Assembly (NCBI GenBank): GCA_963732675.1
Contig: CAVTAJ010000005.1
Coordinates: 503,019-567,018, forward strand
Direction of reading: 5' to 3'
Length of the DNA: 64,000 nucleotides
Source: Nitrospirota bacterium
Lineage (GTDB): Bacteria; Nitrospirota; UBA9217
The notes beneath the pieces were generated by a model. That model was not told where the DNA came from. It worked only from the letters and a program-made list of their open reading frames with translations, and ran no database searches. Shown in pieces: positions 57,725 through 64,000 of this stretch (within the stretch, counting starts at the first letter, position 1; each line of letters starts with the position of its first letter). Made by a program: the position numbers and the translations under genes.

Positions 57725-57791
57725 CCATAAACTCGAATTGGAAACTGACGACGCGATGAGGCGGATTACCGGTTCGAACGGCGGATTAGCA
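57725..57791 (-). mobile_element. attC-like site 3 (highly degenerate)
   Basis: Minus strand TGCTAAT-ccgcc-GTTCGAAC...CAA-ttcga-GTTTATG. Confidence 0.35.
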
Positions 57792-57943
57792 GGAAGATGA
57801 ATCGGTAATTAGCACCAACACTTTTTCTCTTAGTTATAAATGAATTTTAGAATTAGTTTCTTTCCGCATCATCATTTTTGCTTCATTTCGATCTTCGCTC
57901 TCATTCTATATAGCCCTATGAGAATAGTTATAGTATCTTGAAA

Positions 57944-58357
57944 TCAACCCGTGTGCCCCTTGGATCCTATCCACTTTAGGCAATCTTGGTAATTCTTGAA
58001 AACACGCACTTCCTTAGAACCACTCGGCAAAAGGCTGCGATATATTTCATACATTCGAGCTAGACCAAACGCTATGGGTTTGTTTACAACAATTGCAAGT
58101 TTGGTCTTGACTCCTTGCGGATCTTTAATGGAGGCCATATGTGCAAGCTTTTTTATACCTTCAGAGCTCAATAAAAAATTATTTGCGCCGCTGAAGTCTG
58201 CAATTTCGTTGAATGAGGCGTACTGGGGCAGGCTTTTTATGTTTTGTTGATATTTAGAGAGGGCATCAAGAAGTTCACTGTCAACGGCATCTCCGGACCA
58301 GATTGTAGTAATAAGTTTAGCGTCATCATCGATTTTATGCAGTACTGGCATGGCCAC
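57944..58357 (-). CDS. Hypothetical STAS/SpoIIAA-like protein, AT-rich; likely gene cassette
   Basis: KLAIVVNKPIAFGLARMYE..VRVFK..CLKW; starts immediately after an attC-like site. Confidence 0.7.
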   Translation of the reverse strand: MAMPVLHKIDDDAKLITTIWSGDAVDSELLDALSKYQQNIKSLPQYASFNEIADFSGANNFLLSSEGIKKLAHMASIKDPQGVKTKLAIVVNKPIAFGLARMYEIYRSLLPSGSKEVRVFKNYQDCLKWIGSKGHTG

Positions 58358-58363
58358 CCTAAG

Positions 58364-58430
58364 TGCTGACGCGCAAGTTCAGCGGTACGTGCTGCGTTTT
58401 ATCCTGTGCCCGCTGGATGAATTGTCGGCG
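58364..58430 (-). mobile_element. attC-like site 2 (degenerate)
   Basis: Minus strand CGCCGAC-aattc-ATCCAGCGG...CCGCTGAA-cttgcgc-GTCAGCA. Confidence 0.55.
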
Positions 58431-58449
58431 CAGGCAGCGTCCGGCAGCC

Positions 58450-58600
58450 TCAATGCGCGACTGTGAAGCGCCGGCAGACGTGGGCGGGACGCTCCAGTTC
58501 GTCGAGAAATGCGACCGCGTAGTCCTCTACCGAAATGCGGCTCACCCTTTTTCGTCCGTGACGAGGAGATCGTGGCCTGGTTCGTACGGCCGGTGCGCTG
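58450..58600 (-). pseudogene. 3' fragment of an NAD(P)H-binding (YwnB-like) oxidoreductase
   Basis: DLLVTDEKG/SRISVEDYAVAFLDELERPAHVCRRFTVAH*; the 5' part is missing and the stop lies 20 bp before an attC-like site. Confidence 0.65.
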
Positions 58601-58607
58601 TCCGGTC

Positions 58608-58676
58608 TCAGACGTTAGCGCGCGACGTGATGTGATACACCGCGCCTGGGTATTCTACGCGAAGAGGTCGTGCCAT
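58608..58676 (-). pseudogene. 5' stub of a REP-associated tyrosine (Y1/RAYT-like) transposase
   Basis: MARPLRVEYPGAVYHITSRANV*, the hallmark N-terminus of this family. Confidence 0.75.
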
Positions 58677-58833
58677 AAAGTGAGGATAGCAGTGACGTTG
58701 AGAATTGTCAATGATAACGACCTGAGCCCATTGGCTGATGCCCATGCCGGATAATCCAAGGTTAATTTGCTTGCGAAAGCGGAAAGCGCGGGTTATTATG
58801 CCACATCTGGTTAACAGTCACGGGATATATATA

Positions 58834-59361
58834 ATGCATCGCTTATTCGACAAATCTTCTATTTTATTTATAAAAATAGCCATTCTATCTCTCCTGACCG
58901 TCGTTCCTTCTTCTTATGCGGCCTCAAACCCTATACGGGAAGCGGCGCCGGACTTTACGTTATCCGACATGCAGGGCATCGCGCACAAGCTCGCCGATTA
59001 TCGCGGCAGTGTAGTGGTTTTGAATTTCTGGGCCTCATGGTGTCGAGAATGCGCGTTAGAGATGCCGTCTCTCGACGGCCTCTACAAACGGCTGAAAAAA
59101 GACGGCCTGGTCGTGATCGGGGTCTCCGTCGACAGGGCCCGCGCAGACATCGCGCAGTTGGCAGGCAAGGTGTCTTATCCTGTACTGCTTGACGAAAGAG
59201 GAGACGTGTTCGTAAAAGGATACACGATCACCCGGCTGCCGGCCACGATCATCATCGATCGCGATGGGGCCATCGTTAAGAAGATCTACGGTGGGCGGGA
59301 TTTCAGCTCCGGGGCCTTTATCGGGGAAATGACCGGTCTCTTGCAGGAGAAAAAGCGGTAA
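58834..59361 (+). CDS. TlpA-family disulfide reductase
   Basis: APDFTL, LNFWASWCREC and LPATIIIDRDG. Confidence 0.88.
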   Translation: MHRLFDKSSILFIKIAILSLLTVVPSSYAASNPIREAAPDFTLSDMQGIAHKLADYRGSVVVLNFWASWCRECALEMPSLDGLYKRLKKDGLVVIGVSVDRARADIAQLAGKVSYPVLLDERGDVFVKGYTITRLPATIIIDRDGAIVKKIYGGRDFSSGAFIGEMTGLLQEKKR

Positions 59362-59708
59362 TGAAACGCCTTTACGGGCATATCGGAGCGACACTCTTCA
59401 TGGTCCTCTTGATAGGCTGCGGCCCCTCGACATTCTTGATAGACAAGGCGGGCACCTCCGCATATTTCGGACGTAATAGCCAGTTCCTTAACAAGAAGCT
59501 GTGCACCAGTGACGAATTGAGGCTGATACTCGCGGACGCGGACCTTCCCCGGGAGATGGAAAGCGATTTCTATCGCTATACCTGCTCGGAGGAGAAGTCC
59601 TATGAAAAGGTCATATCCCTTTATCTTGTTCTGACGCCGGTGGAAAAGTTGCAATTAAAGAGGGCGTTCGAAAAACACGGGTACGAAGTGAATCGCATGC
59701 ACTGCTGA
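59361..59708 (+). CDS. Hypothetical lipoprotein
   Basis: Lipobox LIGC; start overlaps the tlpA stop (TAATG). Confidence 0.75.
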   Translation: MKRLYGHIGATLFMVLLIGCGPSTFLIDKAGTSAYFGRNSQFLNKKLCTSDELRLILADADLPREMESDFYRYTCSEEKSYEKVISLYLVLTPVEKLQLKRAFEKHGYEVNRMHC

Positions 59709-59889
59709 AGCTGATGCACTGCCCCGGTCGGGGCACAAAAACTGCTTGGATTGAGCGGATAATGCGCCAGAATATGGCTGATAGACGGTGCATGAAGCAG
59801 TCTGAGTGCTGGGCCTGGAGAGCCGTAGTCTCGCATATAACGCGCACGTTGTGGCCGTCTGCATGTGAGGCGCCACGGAGTATTTCACC

Positions 59890-60834
59890 ATGGATAATAT
59901 CATCCCGTTTCTCATACAGCACGGATATTCCGTAGTGTTTATCTGTGTTTTTGTAGAAACAATGGGGTTTCCCATACCGAGCGCTCCGCTGCTTATCACG
60001 GTCGGGACCATGGCCGGTGTCGGACAGTTGAACCTGTTTCTCTGCATGGGGTCAGGCGTCTGTGCAGCGCTGGTGAGCGACCTGTTTTGGTTCACTATGG
60101 GACGGCGACGCGGAGGCCAGGTGTTATCCGTGCTTTGCCGCATATCTCTCGAGCCTGACTCCTGCGTCCGCCGGACGGAAAGCATCTTTACCCGGTACGG
60201 CGGCCGCTCCCTTCTCGTAACAAAGTTTTTCCCCGGGTTTGGCGCAGTGTCGACTCCGATGGCGGGTATGATCGGCATGCGTCTGTGGCGTTTTTTGCTT
60301 TTCGACGGTATGGGTATCATCCTCTGGATCGGCGCCTATACACTTCTCGGTTATGTATTCAGCAGAGAACTCGATCGTGCGTTGGATTACGCCGCGGGAA
60401 TGGGCAAAACGCTCTCGGTGTTAGTGGCCGGCGGGCTGGCGCTGTATATCCTCCGGAAGTATGCCTTGCGCCGGCGTATATTGCGCGAGCTCTACACCGC
60501 GCGCATAACACCGGAAGAGCTGAAGCAGAGGCTGGACGCCGGCGAAGATGTCGTTATCATCGATCTGCGCCACGAACTTGACTTTGAACATGATCCCTAT
60601 ATCATACCCGGCGCTTTGCGGATCCCCTTGGATGAGGTAGCGCGCCATCCAGTCGTTTCGAGCGATCGCGAGATCGTCGCCTATTGTACGTGCCCCAACG
60701 AAGCCTCAAGCGCCCAGGTGGTGCTGCGGTTATCTCAGCAGGGAATTACGCGCATTCGGCCGCTCGCCGGCGGTTTTCACGCCTGGCGCGACCGCGATTA
60801 TCCCGTAGTACTGGTGGACAGACAGAAATCATAA
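59890..60834 (+). CDS. DedA/VTT membrane protein fused to a rhodanese domain
   Basis: ETMGFPIPS, LCRISLEPDSCV, KFFPG; IIDLR, IPGA, YCTCPNEASSA and LAGGFHAW. Confidence 0.9.
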   Translation: MDNIIPFLIQHGYSVVFICVFVETMGFPIPSAPLLITVGTMAGVGQLNLFLCMGSGVCAALVSDLFWFTMGRRRGGQVLSVLCRISLEPDSCVRRTESIFTRYGGRSLLVTKFFPGFGAVSTPMAGMIGMRLWRFLLFDGMGIILWIGAYTLLGYVFSRELDRALDYAAGMGKTLSVLVAGGLALYILRKYALRRRILRELYTARITPEELKQRLDAGEDVVIIDLRHELDFEHDPYIIPGALRIPLDEVARHPVVSSDREIVAYCTCPNEASSAQVVLRLSQQGITRIRPLAGGFHAWRDRDYPVVLVDRQKS

Positions 60835-60882
60835 AGTCGTCGAAGTTCAGGGTTTTGATTATTACCAAAGAAGCTTACAAAC

Positions 60883-60920
60883 AAAAAAGGGCCGCCTTCA
60901 GCTTGAAAGGCGGTCCTTGT
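60883..60920. terminator. Intrinsic terminator, U-tract on the minus strand
   Basis: AAAAAAGGGCCGCCTT-cagcttga-AAGGCGGTCCTT. Confidence 0.65.
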
Positions 60921-61053
60921 ACGTTCCGGCTCTCCAGAGATGATAAATAGAGCCAATGGACAGAGTGTTTTGAATTATCGGTACGGTGAGCAACACCTAC
61001 TTTTCTGCAATGTCAATATTTCGACGTGGGTAAATTGTTCTGGAAGTATCATG

Positions 61054-61121
61054 CATTAACGCGAAGCTAAGCCAACGCTTGGAGCACGCAAAGGCCGGTC
61101 GGCTTGAGCGCCGTGTTATGC
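61054..61121 (-). mobile_element. attC site 1 (best preserved)
   Basis: Minus strand GCATAAC-acggc-GCTCAAGC cgac...ttg GCTTAGC-ttcgc-GTTAATG, 4 bp after the stop at 61126. Confidence 0.8.
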
Positions 61122-61125
61122 CATT

Positions 61126-61605
61126 TTATATACAATTCACAACCTCGACTCTTTCTTCGAAAAGCAATTCCTTCACGCTTTCAACCTCAACAAATTGATA
61201 CGGTGACGTCTGTGCTTGCGTAACAACGCAATTGCTGCCGGGCTTCTTAATGATAATCGATGCTTTAATAAACTCACCATAATCCTCTATTTTCTCCGCC
61301 GAGATTGAATAACCGCCAGTAGGACGCCCACCAAGGCTAAGTAAAGCTACTCTCCGAGAAGAAAAATCCACGGTGTGCTCGGCAAGTGGTTGTATGAATA
61401 AATACAAACTTGAATTAAATGCCGTCTGATCTGTATATATCTCAAGTTTCCTATTCTCAGGCAGGCCATTAATTGTGTTGTCACCAGACGCTATTACGGA
61501 ATAGCTGACCGTCGGAAGAGGTGTGTCTGCATTAGAATCTGGAGTGCAACTCACCAACAATGGAGCGACCACCGATAAAAGAAAGCCAATTATTTTGAGC
61601 TTCAT
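61126..61605 (-). CDS. Lipoprotein with a PrcB C-terminal-like domain; first gene cassette
   Basis: AGGAGG RBS; lipobox LVSC; VDFS..LGGRPTGGYSI..PGSNCVVTQAQTSPYQFV; AT-rich. Confidence 0.8.
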   Translation of the reverse strand: MKLKIIGFLLSVVAPLLVSCTPDSNADTPLPTVSYSVIASGDNTINGLPENRKLEIYTDQTAFNSSLYLFIQPLAEHTVDFSSRRVALLSLGGRPTGGYSISAEKIEDYGEFIKASIIIKKPGSNCVVTQAQTSPYQFVEVESVKELLFEERVEVVNCI

Positions 61606-61647
61606 GATTCCTCCTATTGGCAGTATCGCGACGCGAAGCGCCGAGAG

Positions 61648-61700
61648 TACAAGTTATTATAGGGACGGATAACAGTAACATGGATTATATTAATGGTCAA
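61648..61700 (-). promoter_or_regulatory. Pc-like promoter and candidate attI region
   Basis: Minus strand TTGACC-17 bp-TACTGT, followed by ATCCGTCCCTATAATAACTTGT, pointing into the cassette array. Confidence 0.5.
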
Positions 61701-61832
61701 GATTTATTGAAAAAAACTTGACGTAACCGATGGAATTCATTACTATTTGAATACTGACTAATATGATTCTAATGGAATATCATAATAAGCTGACCATTAT
61801 TAAATTGGGTATTCATCGGAGGTTTTCTTCGC

Positions 61833-62021
61833 ATGCTCCTCATTCCGGATGACAGATTAAAACCCTTTGATGCCATCATGGGAAAGAAGGCCATTCTTCC
61901 CTCGCACCGAGCCGATTACAGGAAGTGGCTGCGGTATTATCTTGATTTCCGAACACTTCTCTTGCAGGCGCACAAAGATATTAGGACCATCAAGGAAGTC
62001 GGCAGCCCGCTGGATTTTTGA
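61833..62021 (+). pseudogene. intI: Internally deleted integron integrase remnant
   Basis: [12 protein letters not shown] (N-terminus of long-type IntI) is joined to [20 protein letters not shown] (cf. IntI HLLQANYDIRTIQ...KSPLDF). Divergent from the attC array. Confidence 0.7.
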
Positions 62022-62040
62022 GACTGAGAGGAGACATTTT

Positions 62041-62754
62041 ATGCGTAGTGACGGCAGGAAGGCGGACGAACTCCGCAAGATAAAGATCACCAGGAACTAT
62101 ATCAAGACAGCAGAGGGCTCGGTGCTGATCGAGATGGGCGACACCAGGGTCATCTGCACTGCCACGGTCGAGAACTCCGTCCCGCCCTTTTTGCGCGGCA
62201 AAGGCACGGGCTGGGTCACGGCTGAATACGCCATGCTTCCGCGCTCCTCGGGCCAGAGGATCCAGCGCGAGCGGAGCAAGGTGGGCGGCCGCACGCACGA
62301 GATCCAGCGGCTCATCGGCAGGTCCCTTCGCTCGGTTGTCGATATGAAGGCGCTCGGCGAACGGTCCGTGCTGCTCGACTGCGACGTGATCCAGGCGGAC
62401 GGCGGCACGCGCACCGCATCGATCACCGGGGCGTACATCGCGCTCGTTGATGCGCTCCGCCATAGTGAAAAGCAGGGGCTGATCAAGACCGTGCCGGTCA
62501 CGGACTACCTTGCCGCGATCAGCGTCGGCATCGTGGACGGCAAACCCATGCTCGACCTCTGCTATATCGAGGATTCGACAGCGGAAGTGGACATGAACCT
62601 GGTGATGACGGGCAAGGGTAAGATCGTTGAGGTGCAGGGCACTGCCGAGGGTGAACCATTCTCGAGGGCCGAGCTCAGCAGGCTTCTCGCGCTCGGAGAG
62701 AAGGGCATCAAAATGCTGGTCAAGAGACAGCGGGCGCTCTTGAACAAGTCTTAG
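62041..62754 (+). CDS. rph: Ribonuclease PH
   Basis: [42 protein letters not shown] and EVQGTAE. Confidence 0.97.
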   Translation: MRSDGRKADELRKIKITRNYIKTAEGSVLIEMGDTRVICTATVENSVPPFLRGKGTGWVTAEYAMLPRSSGQRIQRERSKVGGRTHEIQRLIGRSLRSVVDMKALGERSVLLDCDVIQADGGTRTASITGAYIALVDALRHSEKQGLIKTVPVTDYLAAISVGIVDGKPMLDLCYIEDSTAEVDMNLVMTGKGKIVEVQGTAEGEPFSRAELSRLLALGEKGIKMLVKRQRALLNKS

Positions 62755-63023
62755 AGGTTATGCAAACTGTACAGGTCCTTATAACTGTTCAGGAGACGCA
62801 GAGACGCAGAGTTGGAGAAATGGGCGAAAAGACATTCTTTTATTTATGTTAATCATCCGCACCTTATGCCTTTTAATTCCCCATTTTTCAGCTGATCGTT
62901 TTCTTCTGTATCTGAGTTCTGAGGTTTATGCGTTCACGGTTATTTGCGTTGAATGGCGCTTATTGATGTTATTGTCATCCCTGTTCATACGATGAATCCA
63001 CTGCCGAAAAAGTTGAGGTTCTC

Positions 63024-63593
63024 TTGTCCCTCTTGACGATCTTCTTTATCACCTTCGGCCTCATCTTCACCGCTGAACTCGGCGACAAGACGCAGCTCAT
63101 GGTCTTTACCCTGGCGCTTCGCTACGGAGGACGGCCGGTCCTCGCCGGCGCGTTCCTTGCCTTCGCGCTCCTGTCGGGAAGCGCCGCGATCGTGGGCAGG
63201 GGAGTGGGTGAGCTGTTGTCGCCCGTCCTCATTACGCGCATCTCCGCCTGGGTGTTCATCCTCTTTGGCCTGTACATGCTGCTGCGCAAGACTGAGGAAG
63301 AATCGCCGGAGCAGGTCAAACCCTCGGCGCGCGCAGGGTTCATCGCCGCCTTCAGCCTGATCGCCATCTCCGAGATGGGGGACAAGACGCAGATCGCTAC
63401 GCTGCTCCTGTCCGTAAAATATCAGAGCTTCCTCGCGGTATTCCTCGGCAGTCTTGCCGCCCTCAGCTTCGCCACGCTGATCGGGATCCTCGTGGCCGGC
63501 AGGCTCCATACGTTCATCCCGGCCAGGTATATCCGTCCGGCATCCGGCATTCTCTTCGTTCTCCTCGGCATCGGCACGCTTGTTCTGGCGTGA
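63024..63593 (+). CDS. TMEM165/GDT1 (UPF0016) Mn2+/Ca2+ transporter
   Basis: Twin E-x-G-D-K-T-Q motifs: AELGDKTQ and SEMGDKTQ. Confidence 0.92.
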   Translation: MSLLTIFFITFGLIFTAELGDKTQLMVFTLALRYGGRPVLAGAFLAFALLSGSAAIVGRGVGELLSPVLITRISAWVFILFGLYMLLRKTEEESPEQVKPSARAGFIAAFSLIAISEMGDKTQIATLLLSVKYQSFLAVFLGSLAALSFATLIGILVAGRLHTFIPARYIRPASGILFVLLGIGTLVLA

Positions 63594-63713
63594 TCCCTTA
63601 TCTCCGAACTGATAGTTGTTGAAAATTCAGCTGCCCTTCGCTATACTTTCTCTCAGTCCTTCGGGACGACGGGAACAGATCCCAATCTTACCTGAGAACT
63701 CTTCGAGGTCATC

Positions 63714-64000
63714 GTGAATTTATCCTCACTATTTCAAAAAGCACCTGAAATGAGCGCTGAAGCTGTGAAGGAGCTGATGAAACAGAAAAAGCCGGGCGAG
63801 TATAACCTGATCGACGTCCGCCAGCCGGGCGAGTACGAGCAGGGCCATATCCCGGGCGCGAAGCTCATCCCCATCACAGAACTGGCGTCACGGATAAGCG
63901 AGATCGATCCTGCAAAGCCGACCATCCTGTACTGAGAAGCGGGGAATCGCAGCCGTGCTGCTGCGGGAATGCTTAGGAACGCGGGTCTCACGAACATGTC
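63714..64000 (+). CDS. Rhodanese-domain protein, probable selenoprotein (runs off the window end)
   Basis: LIDVRQPGEYEQGHIPGA..TILY-TGA-EAGNRSRAAAGMLRNAG; the TGA sits at the catalytic Cys position. Confidence 0.85.

Noticed and set aside
62755-63023. yybP-ykoY Mn riboswitch upstream of the GDT1 transporter
   Set aside because: The conserved GGGGAGUA-type core is not visible.

Overview
About 58% GC (by eye) bacterial chromosomal window. The gene content (Rnf complex, CdaA-CdaR-GlmM, AddAB, ThiG route, cobamide salvage, probable Sec usage) fits an anaerobic diderm, possibly Nitrospirota or Desulfobacterota; this is inference only. Most of it is housekeeping: PiT/DUF47 phosphate transport, a LysR regulator, comEC, tilS-hpt-ftsH-folP-cdaA-cdaR-glmM, tRNA-Met, a DksA-like protein, nfuA-rnfCDGEAB-gcvH-lpdA, a hybrid kinase, a second disulfide reductase, cysM, degQ, addAB, fdx-trxA-tlpA, tRNA-Gly, cobUTSC, a TPP riboswitch with thiSGEC-M23-thiD, rph, a GDT1 transporter and a rhodanese. 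Many genes, including essential ftsH and tilS, carry single-base frameshifts that look like sequencing errors. The most notable signals are: (1) a decayed integron at 55.7-62.0 kb whose integrase has collapsed to a 62-aa N-terminus/C-terminus fusion, with a Pc-like promoter and five co-oriented attC-like sites; (2) a rhodanese whose catalytic codon is an in-frame TGA followed by a SECIS-like hairpin (probable selenoprotein); (3) a 57-aa Cys-rich gene, absent from the ORF track, divergent from the LysR gene; (4) an M1-remnant/ChaN/PDZ protein lacking catalytic residues; (5) several interspersed and nested palindromic repeat families.
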